Part shown: positions 29,601-41,829 of the stretch, piece after piece
How positions within the stretch are numbered: position 1 is the first letter of the stretch
Layout: every line of letters begins with the position of its first letter
DNA from: Raillietiella orientalis
Lineage: Eukaryota
Assembly: GCA_036172245.1 (NCBI GenBank)
Contig: JAYWIR010000026.1
Coordinates: forward strand, 1,054,001 to 1,118,000
DNA: 64,000 nucleotides
Reading direction: 5' to 3'
The notes under the pieces: model-generated
What the model was told of the DNA's origin: nothing
The model's input: only the letters and a program-made list of their open reading frames with translations
Databases searched by the model: none
Made by a program: the position numbers and the translations under genes

Positions 29601-32293
29601 GGGAAGTCGGCGTGCTTGAAAAGAGAAATCTGGCAACAGATATCTTCTGCATCCAGTACGACGGTCAAGAGCGACAGTCATCCGAGGATGTCGTGGAAGC
29701 CTTTCACAGGCATTACACGGAACACTTCAGGCGACAACATCTCTGTCGCTCTAGTCAACAAGCCTTTCTGAGCTATCTCGAGAAGAGGACCGACGACCTC
29801 CAGCGGAACAGAATGGAGTGGGAATTCTCCGAAGACGAGGTGAAGATTGCTTTTAGACAACTGCGCAAGGATGTGGTGGCGTGCCCTGACAGTGTATTCA
29901 TCACGCACTATCAGCGGTACCTGCATGCCTACCTGCGCTTGTTCCACCAGTTGACCCTCTGCATCCGTGAAGAAGGCAGACTTCCTGAGTCCTTCTATGA
30001 GTGTAGGATGAGATTGTTGACGAAAGGAGGCGACCCAACCCAGATCGCTCAATGGAGGCCAATCTCAATCCTGAACTACGATGCCAAGTGGTTGGCGAAG
30101 ATCTGGTCCAACCGCTTAGGCAGGGTCATGTCGAAGCTCATCTCTCCGGTCCAAACGTGTGCAGTCCCTGGATGTGACATGACGCTAAATGTATAGTGTG
30201 CCCAGGCCACCGTCGGGCTCAGCCGATACGTCGGCGAGAACCTGGTGCTGGTGTTCACTGACATGGAGAAGGCTTTCGACTCCATGGACAATGGGATGCT
30301 GCTGAAGGTTCTGGAGAAGCTAGGCCTTCAGGAACACCTCAGCAACTCCGTGGAGGTGGCACTGCAGAACCAGTACTGCCAAATCAAAATCAACGGCCTG
30401 GAGACCGCAGCAATCCGAATGGAACGGGGAGTCCGGCAGGGCGACTCGCTAATTCCGATGCTGTTATTCATCTATATGAAGGCGTTGTCGTCCTTTATCG
30501 AGAAGAGCGGACGACTGCAAGGCATAACCATCGATGGCCAGCGTCCTACCCATCTGGCATGCGCTGATGATCTGCTCTTCTTTATCAAGGGAGAGAGAAA
30601 TCAACGAGCGTTTTTGGATGTGGCAGACCTGATGGATCAAGGCCTGGCTCTAGAGATCCACTCCCAGAAAAGCCAGCTTTTGCCCGTTGGAATCCTTGAT
30701 CTCTCCGCTCAAGCGAGAAGAGGATTCCGAACGGTGGACACGGCCAAGTACCTGGGTGTCTACATTGGCGACGACTCCGCGTCGAAGCTATTGTGGTCAG
30801 AGATCCTAGGGAAAACGGCCAAGGAAGCAGTCAAGTACACCCGAACGGACCTTGGGATGGAGCGAAAGGCCAACATAAGGAACGGAGTACTCCTTTCTAA
30901 AGTGCCTCCCGGGGCGGCTTTCGCGAGGGTGAACAAGAACATCACGAGGGTGTGCGACAAGCTGCAGAGAAAAACACTGTGGGGCCACTATCGCCCAAGA
31001 GTTCGACTAAAACCCCTGTGTCGTCCCAGGGAAGAAGGCGGTTTCGAGGTGAAGTCGCTTGCACACTCCTTAGAAATCATGGATGCGCGACACATCTTCG
31101 ACATTGCCACTCACTGGGTTGACTAGCCGTATGCGGCGCACAGGGTTTACGCGTTGTTGTTGAACTACTCGAAAGGCCTGATGACTGCGCTGCTAGGCCG
31201 AGTAGGGGAATGGATAAAAATCGACTCAACCTGGACGGGGAAGCAACGGCTGGTGCGAAAGCACAAAATCAAGATCGTGCCGAGAAGTAGGGAACTCTGG
31301 CAGGACGAGTCCATCCTGGTGATTCCTTGGATGCTTCCTGTCCTGCCGGACACGAGAAGCTGGATCCACCTGCGGTCCAGAGTTGCCCTTCAACGAATCC
31401 AGGAGTGGAGGAGATGAGGGTACATACATCACACTCGTATACTCAGGTATATAGAGATGATGTTAGGAAGGTTTACCTTCATGATTCGCGAGGTGTGGCT
31501 TAAGCACAACGACTTCGCGTGGTCCAGGGTAATCAAAACAAACCTCCCAAGATTAATTTGGGAAGAAGACCGTGACATCAGTGCCCTCCAGGAAGCCGCG
31601 GATCGCTCCGGAAGTGACCGGGTCAACCTGCTAGCGATCGGCACGATGCTCTGGAGGAGTGAACTCCCGCCGGGCACCCAGGATGACCTCCTGATGTTTT
31701 ATCATGGAGGAATCCAGAGTGGGTTCCGATTGCAGCACCACCGGGAGACGGGAAGACCGAGACTGCGCAGCATGTGGAGACACCGACACGAGACTTCACG
31801 TCTTGACGTGTCCCACATTGCTACACGACTGGCTGATCCTGAAAAAGATCATCGGACTCACCACCAGGTCCGTAATGAAGATCCTCGCCGGGATGTTTCA
31901 GGGGGATGGTAATGTTCCCTGTTACAATCCCATGGTGCGGACGACCATTGCCCTCTTCATCACCGCCATACTTGTGCGGTGGTGGAAAATGAGGAAAGCC
32001 GGGAGAGCCACACCACCGATGGAGATCCTACAAGGGCTCCTAAAGTGGGAAATAGGCATTAGGAACTGTGGGAAAATCCAAGCCTGGACGTATCGATTCA
32101 TCCTGAAGAGGATACAAGACGACGCCCTTGACCAAACAGCAGGAAACCCATCATGAGTGCAGAACTTGTAAACCCATGGACTTCAGAGTTGTAAAAACAG
32201 TGCTAATGGTATGAATGAGACTGTAGTGTGAATGTTTGTGTAGAAAAATTTCGAAAAATAAATTGACCTCACCCCTTGTGTGACTCGGGGAAA
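26627..32293 (+). mobile_element. Family D LINE copy D2, full length, more decayed
   Basis: Colinear with D1. Multiple stops and frameshifts; YADD changed to CADD. Confidence 0.93.
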
Positions 32294-33068
32294 CTTGCAG
32301 AGTCGCTGAAGGGGCGGCTGCATGCAGCGTGTTTTTGCGCGGCGCGCCGCAGCTTCCTACGGGTGTCGTAGCCGCCGCACAGACCCCTACGTTGGATTGG
32401 GGCTTTGCCGGTTTGGGAAGGGACAGCGGGTTGGAGCTGGAAGTCTCCGCCCTGTGGCGATCTTCTTGCTCACCTACCTTTCCTACGGAGGTTCTTCGGA
32501 TATTTCTTGGTTCCTGCCTTGGAGAGGTGTTTCCCAGTACGGCAGCGAGGGCAGGCACGGCACGCGTCGAACCTTCGCGCCCCTTTCTAATTGGCTTCCC
32601 CGCCGCGATTTCTGTCTTTTGGGGCGTTGCGGGCGTGTACGCCTTTTGTATTGCCGCGTATTGCTTGGCACTTTTCCCAAGACTCCGCGTACACTGCTTT
32701 TTCTTTGAAGCAGCGCCCTTTTGTGCGTTGGTCTCTTGAAAGCGACGAACTTCCGCTGCTGCTTTTTTTTTTGCAAGAAGCGGGCACTTTTTTATTTCGT
32801 TCCTGGTTTCTTTGCAATAGCGGCATTTTGGGGTGGAACATTCATTCATTCGGTGTCCCTCCTTGCCGCACTGCTCGCACGCGCGAGTCTGCCCTATAAA
32901 CCACAGGTGAACGACCGTGCCATTCACCTGGAGCTGCTCGAACACAACTTGCCTGTTCGCGACGGTGAACCTCGAGGAGGCTTGTCCAATGTTGACAGAG
33001 GGGAAATCCTTTAGAGGATTTGGCCTCCTCCACAGAGCGTGCACGGTGGCGATCTTTGCTAGCACAAT
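32294..33068 (-). mobile_element. A-like ORF1 fragment (zinc knuckle region)
   Basis: LKDFPSV..VHLWFIG..CEQCGKEGHRMNEC, homologous to 4780-5100. Confidence 0.88.
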
Positions 33069-33070
33069 TC

Positions 33071-35457
33071 ACAACAGGCGTCCGATGACGATTGTGAATA
33101 CGGACGCCAAGCTGATCGCCGGACTGTTGGCGTCGCGTCTAGGACAGATGGCAGAATCCGTAATTAGCCCGGAAAAGACTTACGCAGTTTCCAGGCGAAG
33201 TATGGACTCCAACCTGTTCTTCGCGAGCACATGGGTTTGCTGGCAGAGTAGTAAACATGATCCAGAGCGTGTGAGTGGTTTCTCCGCTTTTGTGGCGCCG
33301 GCCGGGCAAAGAGGGGACACCGGGGCAGAGAAGGAGGCCCTAGCGATCGCGGTCGATCTGCATAAAGCGTTCGACTGCGTGGACCAGGAGCTTTTGTTGG
33401 AGCTCCTGGGTCGCATGGGCTTCCCGCCCTCCGTACTAACCTACCTGCGCTCCTGCTGGTGCAACGCTAAAATCAACGTCTTTTTCAGTAGTCAACAGGT
33501 GTAGGGCGTGCCTATGCGACGAAGCATCAGGAAAGGCGATAGTCTTAGTCCCCTGCTCTTAAGCGCCTACTTCGTCTTGGTGCTGAGATCATGCAGGGTG
33601 ACTTTGGCCGCCTTGCCGAGCTCGTGTCCCGGTACGCCCGCCGTAGCGGCTTACGCCGATGATCTTCTGCTCCTTTTGCCCATGTCCGCCCCGACAGCCG
33701 CAGTCGAGGATTTCTTCGATCTGCTAAGCCGCGGGACTGGACTACGGGTAAATAAAGCGAAGTCATCGGTGGTATCGGATGGTGCAACGTGAGTCGGACG
33801 GACTGACTGGATCCGTTTGGGGCTCCCCACGGCGAGGTGCTTGAAGTACCTTGGTGTGCCGTTGGGGGACTATTCCTCTTCGGAAGCGTGGTCGGGTCGT
33901 CTCCGGAAAGTAGAGTTGGCGATCGGCCGTTCTTGGAAGACAGGTTTCTCCTTCCGGAACGGGTGGCAGTGTGGAACGCGTTTGCGGCTCCCATCCTTCG
34001 CCCCCTGCTTTTTGTTTTCCCCGTCCCGTCCCAGTTGAAGAATCGGACGAAGGACCCACTAAGGATCGCCCTTTGGGGAACAGGGAGGCCTCGACTCCCG
34101 TTGATGGACTTGTGTGCTTCGCGTCGGGATGGCGGTCTCGGCCTCTTGACGCTGGAGCGAGTGGAGACTCAGCTGCGATGGCGTACCCTGGCCATCGCAG
34201 CGAAGTTGTGGAGCACCCCTTGGTGCACTCCGGACCGCCTCCTAGCCCGCCGTGTGTCCCGCTACGATGGATTCCCGTCTTTCCTTCTGTGCTTAGGCCA
34301 GAAGATAAGAAGATACGGCCTACTGCTTGGGCGCATGGCAACTTTGGTCAAGGAGAACGTCTGGATGACATGCAGCCCCGCCAACCCCTCCGCATGGCTG
34401 GAGGAATCTGTTGGAACGTGGGCGAGGTTAAATGCCCAAGGAGAATAAAACTACAACTGCCTGCGATTCTACAACCGTGCCTGCTGCAGCCTGCGGACCT
34501 TCTTGCAGTATTCTGCCCGGAGCACGTGGGCCGAGACCACGCCCCTATCTACGGCGATGCCCTTTCTGAGAAGGGCGCTCTCCAGCAGCCGCACGCCTAG
34601 GTGGCAAGTGGACTGCTCAATCGCAGGCAGAGACAAGAAGTTAAGCGGCTATACCACGGCGCAGCTGGCTGATGCCACTACCCGAAGTGTCCTCCCGCGT
34701 AGTATAGAGAAATGGAGCGAACTGCTCGGCATCCCGATGGATGACCTGATGTGGCCTCCGGATTTTATTAGTTCTAGGATCCTCTCCCTGAAGTGGCAGG
34801 AGTCGACGCTTCTGTTGTTGCATTGGGGTCTACCCTGCAACGCATGCCGCCACCTCTGGACTATGGTTCGAGTGAATCCCGCCTGCATCAGGTGTGGGGA
34901 GCGGGAAACCATCCCTCACCTCCTTGTTGATATTGCTGTCCTCCGACCCCTGTGGGAGAGTCTTGGTACCTCCCTACGGCTGCAAGAGGGCAGCCAGCTC
35001 AGAGACGTTTTTCGGCTTCTTTTCGTGCGGGATGCCCTGCGACCAGCCGCCGCCCTGGCAGCACTCTGCTGCATCCGAGAGATCGTGACGAGCTGGAGCG
35101 ATTACAGAAGACCGAGCCACGAGAGGGGTGCCGTCGAACTCGCAGTCCGCTACCTGCTGCTTGCAACCAGATTTCCCCACCTGGGTATCATTCAGACGGA
35201 CCTCGAGGACATCCTGGAAAGGATGGACCCTCCTTCCAGTGGGTCGTGATCCTTTCCCAGCCCTCCGAAATCTTTTTGTTTTTTATGTTTTATTTTTCTT
35301 TTTGTTTTTCCCCGACCCCCTTCCGCTGACGAGGAGAGTCGCGCCGGTCTGCGTACCGGCGACCCGGCAGGTCCTGTTGAGTTGGCCGTAGTGAGGCCAA
35401 GTACCACAAATTGTAAAGAGAGTTTACAATAAAAGCCCCGGCGTGACCGGGTTGCAT
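33071..35457 (+). mobile_element. Family B LINE copy B4, RT to 3' end
   Basis: RPMTIVN, DLHKAFD, YADD, CIRCGERE, 3'UTR, hairpin and GCAT tail. Confidence 0.92.
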
Positions 35458-38400
35458 CGTAAAGGGAGGAATAATAACGCCGCACGAGGTGCCGTATTCT
35501 AGCCGGAGCCGAGTGCTCCCGGCCCTGGTCGTCCAGCAAGCTGGCCGATTCGGATTGCCAGGCTTGGAGCTCGGCTCCGGCTCGGTACTCTGCCAGGCGA
35601 CGGATGTTGGGGGTCCTTGCGTAACGGCGGGCATACAAATACGCCCGTTCGTTACGGACCCCATCCCCAAATCCGGGGTGCAGGCGATGCATGGGGAACT
35701 CCTCGCAGAACTTGCGGAACGAGGCCTTAAAAAGGTCCCAGTCAGCGAGATTCCGGAGGGTGACGCCTCTCAGGAATTGGCGAAGGTGTTCTTCCACACC
35801 TGAGAGTCTCGTCGAGTCCCCAGGCCGCCGCCACGCTCTGGAAGGGGGTCCCTTCTCGCGCCGGCATACCTTGATAATTAGCCGGGAATGGTCCGACAGC
35901 GTTGACGCAACTCTCCCCCGATTGCCGACCCGTGGACACAGGTCAGCATCCAGGAAATAATGGTCGATGCTGTTGGCCATTCCTGGGAGATCCCCCAACA
36001 AGTTGCGCGTGCGCATGGCAGCGCACAACTCGTTGGCCGTCCGCTCCTGTGCGTGGGCATCACCTGAGAGCAGGCGCAGGTTGAAATCGCCAGCAATCAG
36101 GTGAGCCCTTCGCACGTTCGCTTCCACCAGCCAGTCGCGCTCGAGGGTTTCCAGGAACGCCGCACGTTCCTGGTACCTGGCAGGACCGCTCGGGTGTTAC
36201 ACGTTTGTTACTTCAAGGTGGATCGCGTCGGAACACCTGAGAATCAGCAGGCCGACACGACAGGCTTCGTCGAAGCGCACGCCCTTCACAGCTGCGTCGA
36301 CCGCCGGATTCATAAACATCGCGACCCCACAGGTTTTTCGGGGGCCACATTGTCACACTAGCCGCCCCCGCTCGATTCTCTCGATCTGCTGGGCGTTCTC
36401 CGCGGTGATCACGTGGATCTCGTGTAGAAGCGCCAGGTCGAAGTCACGCAGGGTGGCGGCCGTGTCCCGTCTGTTGCCGTCGTCGCGCAGCCCGTTCACG
36501 TTTAACAGGCCACGCGTAACCGACGGGGACAGGCGAGATCACGTGTTACTCCTTAGAAAGTGACGATGGGGCGCCCGCCACCTGGTCGGGCGGGAGGGAT
36601 GGAGGAATGGAATCACCGTTCACCGGTTCTCCCTCCTCCATGGGGGCCAATTCCTCGGCGAAGCGCAACGGTTGAAGGAAGCGTTTTTCACGCACCTGCT
36701 CCACTTCTTCCATGGGGCCGATTCGTCGGCTGCGCTGAACGGCAGGGGAGAGCGGTTGTCAACTGTCTGCTCCCCCTCCTCCATGGTTATCTCCTCAGCA
36801 GGTCCCACCGTTGGAAGGGGTCGGCAATCACTTACCTTCTCCCCCCCCCTCCATGGGGGTCGCCAGCTGCTCGGAAGCGGAGGGTGGAAAAATCCCTCCC
36901 TCCGTTCCCACGCTGCCGGCTTCCCCCTCGGATGCCGGTGCGTCCCCCTCCTTCTTTGTCGGGATGCGCTTCTTGGGATTCTTGGACTTCCGTCCAGTCT
37001 TCTTCGGAGGCGCCTCCGCGGAGGAGGACGCACTTCCGGCATCCAGTTCGTGGTCACCTGTCCGAGGTGCCTTGCTCGCGGCCGGCCTTCGCAAGGCCTT
37101 TCGCGCGCCGTTCTCACGGTCCGCGAGTTCGACCGCGAGCTCTTCCGCCGCCTGTTGGAAGGCGGAGTCCTCGATTGCGGCGAGCGCGTCGCTCGGCTCC
37201 CCCCCTGTTTGCACAGAGGGTTCGCCTTCCGCGGTCGCGACTTCGTCGTCAACGAGGCGGGGGATATCTCCTCTGGTAGCGGTCCCGGGGACCTCCACAC
37301 GCTTCCAAGCTTCCGAACATTCGCGGAGCAACGCGCGGTGTTGTCTCCTATTTAAAGGGATGTCGCGGGTTCCGCTGTCGGGCCTTCGGTTTTCTAGCTC
37401 TTTTTATATTTAGGCTTCGCCTTATGCCAGCCCTCGCTCTCTCCAGTGTCGTCGGGAGTATCCTCGACTGGCGCTTGCTGCACGGGTTCGGGCTCTGGCT
37501 GTGGGTTCCGCCTCTCGGGTGCCTCCTTAGGCTTGTCCGGTCGCCCCGCGCGGTTCCCTTTGGCTTTTTTCAAAGCAGGGGGAGCCGGGATTTGGCGTTC
37601 AGGACACACTTTCCGCAGGTGGCTCTTTTCGCCGCAGTGGAAGCACTGGATGTGGGGGCATCGTTTTTTGAGGTGCCCTGTGGCATCGCAGTGTCCACAG
37701 TACTTGGGCTCACTCACGTACCAGACGTCGACGACCTCGTTGCCGACGTCGAGTTTGTAGGGCAGCGCACCATTTCGTGGACGGTCACACGCGCTGCTGC
37801 CATGCCACTAAACAGTCTTCCGTATGTTTGGAAGAATTCCGGCTTGGTCCAGAGCGCGTGCACCGTTCCGAATTTACTCAATTCCTCCTTCACGCCGGCT
37901 TTCGACATGCGCAGGGTTACTCCCGTAAGATGCGCTACCACAGTGCAATCCTAGGTTACCGGGAAGACCCTTCTGCCTTCCAGCATAAGGGGGGTATTCA
38001 GCAGGCGCTGAGCCAAGCTTGCATCTTTGCAAGTCAGCTCCACCAGCTGACCCCCACTGAGCACTGAAAGACCTTCCAGGTCCTCCTCTTTTACATCTAG
38101 CCGCTGCAACTCCCTCTCGAAGTTGCGAACGGTATTTCCCACAAACAAATTTCCTACCTTGTAAATCAAGGACGGCTTGTATCCTTGTTCAAGGTAGGCG
38201 CGTTGTTCTGCTGCGGCTGCAGGAGATGGCGCTGCAGCCACGGCGCTTCAGGTCTTCGTCGTTGCCGAGTTAGGATCCAAGGACGCGGTTGTCCCCTTTT
38301 TCAAGGGGGTGGTTGCGCCCTTTTCCAAGGCGGCGGTTGTCCCCTTTTTCCAGGAGGTGGTTGCGGCCTTTTGCACGAGGGCGGCTGCTCCCTTTTTCAA

Positions 38401-38680
38401 GGAGGCGGTAGCTCTCGTTTCCGGAGGGGCGGTTGCATCCTTTTCCAAGGGGGCGGTTGCCCGATTTTTCAAGGAAGCGGTTGCTCTCTCCTCCGTGGAG
38501 GTGATTGCCCCCACCCTTGTGGGTTGGGGAGAGGAACCATCCTCTCCCCCGCCAACTTCCATCGCGGTGTCCTCAGGCATTCCTGCCATGGAAAACCGGC
38601 GATGCACCACGCACTAACACACCAAAAAAGGCTTCGAAAACTCGCGCGGCAGGAGGGCAGAAAAAACACGTCCGCACACT
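35458..38680 (-). mobile_element. Family B LINE copy B5, 5' half (5'UTR, ORF1, EN, linker up to YYSSLY)
   Basis: 5' motif at 38661-38673. ORF1 homologous to 13142 (CGHCDATGHLKKRC). EN GDFNLRLL, IDH, LSDH. Confidence 0.92.
38270..38486 (-). repeat. 24-bp (8-aa) coding minisatellite, about 9 units, in the ORF1 N-terminus of B5
   Basis: ATASLKNR ATAPLEKD ATAPPETR ATASLKKG AAALVQKA ATTSWKKG TTAALEKG ATTPLKKG TTASLDPN. Confidence 0.85.
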
Positions 38681-41406
38681 CCCTTTACGCCAGAGCGCCT
38701 CCGGAACAAGATGCCTCTCGGCGCTTGCTTCCGAACGGGGCCTTGGCAATAGGGAAAGAAAAGAAGGAAAGCCTCGACGAGCCATTTAGCACCGGCGAAA
38801 TTCTCGCCGGTATTAATAGGCTCAAAAGGCGTAAATCTCCAGGGGAGGAGTACTTGCCCGCGGAGTTCTTTCAGAGCTTCTCGGAAGAGCTGGCCCGCCT
38901 GCTGCTGAAGTTGACAAGGTTGATCCGAGACGTTGGTAATATTCCCACCTCGTTTCGGTCAGACAGAGTGAGGCTACTTCCGAAAGGGGAGACCTCAGAA
39001 AATTGAACTGGCGTCCTATCACGATCGTGAACACGGACGTCAAGTTGCTCGCCGGGCTTCGCGTTTGGGCAGGTGGCTGGATCTATAATTAGCCCGAGCA
39101 GACGTATGCTGTTCCCGGGCGAAGTATGGATGCCAACCTCCTCTTCGCGAGCACATGGTTGCACGCGCAGAGGTGTGAAAAAAAAGGGAAAGAGAAAATC
39201 GGCAACTCTACTATGAGGCCGCCAGTAGGGCAGGGAAGAAATTCCCGGGCGGGAAAGGGGGCCCTTGCGCTCGCAGTAGATCTTCATAAGGCGTTCGACT
39301 GTGTTGACCAGGAGCTACTGTTGGAGCTCCTGGGTCGCATGGGCTTTCCACCCTCCTACATCACCTACCTGCGCTCTTGCAGGCGGAATGCGATGATCTC
39401 AATTTCTTTTAGTTGTCACAAGTTGTATGGCGTGCCGGTACGGCGGGGTATAAGGCAGGGCAATATCCTCAGTTCCCTGCTCTTCAGCACCTACTTTGAG
39501 TTGGTGCTGAGAGTGTATAGGGTGACATTAGCCCCCTTGCCGAGCTCGTTACCTGGCACGCCCGCCATTGCAGCCTATGCCGACGATCTTTTGCTGTTGT
39601 TGCCGTTGTCCACCCCGGCGAGGGCGGTCGGGGATTCCTTTGATCTGCTGAGCCGCGGGATCGGACTGGCGGTGAACATGGCGAAGACGTCGGTGATGTC
39701 AGTTGGTGCGGCGTAGGCAAGGCAGCAGGACTGGGTTCGTTTGGGGATCCCCACGGCGAGGTGCTTCGAGTACCTTGGTGTGCCGTTGGGGGACTATTTC
39801 CTTGCGGAAGCGTGGTGCAGCTGCCTCCAAAAGATTGAGACGGCGATCGGCCCGTTCCTAGAAGGCAAGTTTTACTTCCCGGAACGGGCCGCGGTTTGGA
39901 ACGCATTTGCGGCCCTCATCCTCCGCCCCTTGCTTTTTGTTTGTCCCGCTTTTGTGGAATGTAAGAAGCGGACGGAGGACCTACTGCGAATAGTCCTCTG
40001 GGGCAAGGGGAGGCCCCGAGTACCTCTTAGGGACTTATGCGCTCCACGTCGAAACGGCGGTGGTGGCCTCTTCACGCTGAAGAGTGTGGAAATTTAGCTG
40101 CGATGGCGCACCCTCGCCATCACTGCGAAGATGCGGAGCACCCTTGGTGCATTTCGGCTCGCCTTTTTGGCAGTCGTTTGTCCAGATGCGAAGGACTCGC
40201 GTCTTTTTTTCTGTGCTCCGGCCAAAGATCCGAAGATGTGGCCTACTGCTCGGGCGCATAGCAGCCCTGGCGAAGGAGAACAGCTGGATAGTTTGTAGCC
40301 TTGCTAACTCCTTCGCCTGGCTGGAGGAGACTGCTGGCACGTGGGCGAAGATAAATGAAAGAAACCACGAGAAACCACGAGCCTTCGAGTCGGCTTCTAC
40401 GCTCGCCGCACTATGCGTGAAATTCTTTAATTTTTCGCGAGTTGCACTTGGGCAGAGACGAATCCGCTTGCTACGACGATGCCCTACCTCCGGAGGGCGC
40501 TTAACGGCAGCCACAAGCCGAGGTGGCAAGTCTCCTGCCGAATCGCAGGCAGGAAGAAGAAGTTAAGCGGCTGGACCACAGGAGAACTGGCGGACGCCAC
40601 GACACCGAGCGTCCAGCCGAGAGGATTGACGAGATGGGGCGAGCTGCTCGTCATCCCCATGGATGTGCTGAAGTGGCTCCCGGTGTTGTTTGAATCAAGG
40701 ATCCTGCCCCTTAAGTGGCAAGAATCGGCGCTGCTTCTGTTACATTGAGGTTTACCCTGCAACGCACGCCGCTTCCACTGGACCAGGGGAGCATTGGATC
40801 CTCATTTTACTAGGTGCAGAGAGCGGGAATCTCTCCCAACTACTTCTTGACTGTGCTGCCCTTCGTCCCCTCTGGGAACGGTTCGGGACGACCCTCGGTC
40901 TCCCTGTGGGCAGCCAACCCAGTGACGTTCTCCGTCTTCTCTTCGTGCGGGACGAACTTCAGCCAGCTGCAGCCGTGGCAGCACTCTGCTGTATCCGAGG
41001 CATCGTGGCGGCCTGAAGCGATACCAGGAAAGAGAGAGTGGATTCAAACGCGATGGCTGTCATCCCGTATGCTGTTCGCTTCCTGCGGAGAGCTATTGGA
41101 TGGCCCCAGCTGGGAAGATTGAAGATGGACCTCGAGGGTATCCTGATAAGGATTGACTCTCCTCAAGGTGGACCGTGATCCCTTCCCTTCCTTCCAAAAA
41201 CTTCTTTTTCCTTTGTTTTCTGGTTTATTTTTCTTTTTGTTTTTCCCCTCATCCCCTTCCACTGCGGAGGAGAGTCACATCGTGCTGCGTCCCAGTGTCC
41301 CGGCAGGTCCGGCATTACGTGGCCGTTAGAGGGGCCTTGTACCACATACTGTAAAGACGAGAGAAACGTTTGTTCTAATAAACGTCCCGAAGTATCCGGT
41401 TGGCAT
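38679..41406 (+). mobile_element. Family B LINE copy B6, from linker SLY to 3' end, decayed
   Basis: SLYARAPP.., DLHKAFD, YADD, 3'UTR, degenerate hairpin + GCAT. Confidence 0.92.
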
Positions 41407-41829
41407 CGCCAAAGCCCAAGGGGAGACGTTCCAGGGGAAACTGGTCGCAAAACTCGCGGACTGAGCATTTCCTTTCGTCCCAGTTTGCGAGCGTCTCAAG
41501 ATGGAATCCTCACAGGAAGGCTCGTAGATGTTCCGCCGCTACTGCGAGGCGAAACCAGTCCTCTGGCAGACGCCACGTTTTTAAGGAAGGGCTTTAATTG
41601 CGTGGATGTAACTCGAGCACGGGCCGTAGGTGGTCGGACATCTCTGCCGGGAGCGTTCCTCGAGTTCCCACTCGCGTGCACAGGTGGTTGTCGAAGAACA
41701 TGTGATCGATGTTCCGATCTCTCCCGGCATCACCGGCCAACAAGTTGCGCGCATTCATTGCTGCGCACAACTCGTTGACCAGTCGTGCTCGACTGCTGGG
41801 CGCACCTGCCAGCAAGCGGAGATTGAAGT

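Noticed and set aside
35192..36127. Junction-spanning ORFs 35192..36127, 43418..44161, 38185..39006, 16859..17572
   Set aside because: Chimeras created by nested insertions, not independent genes.
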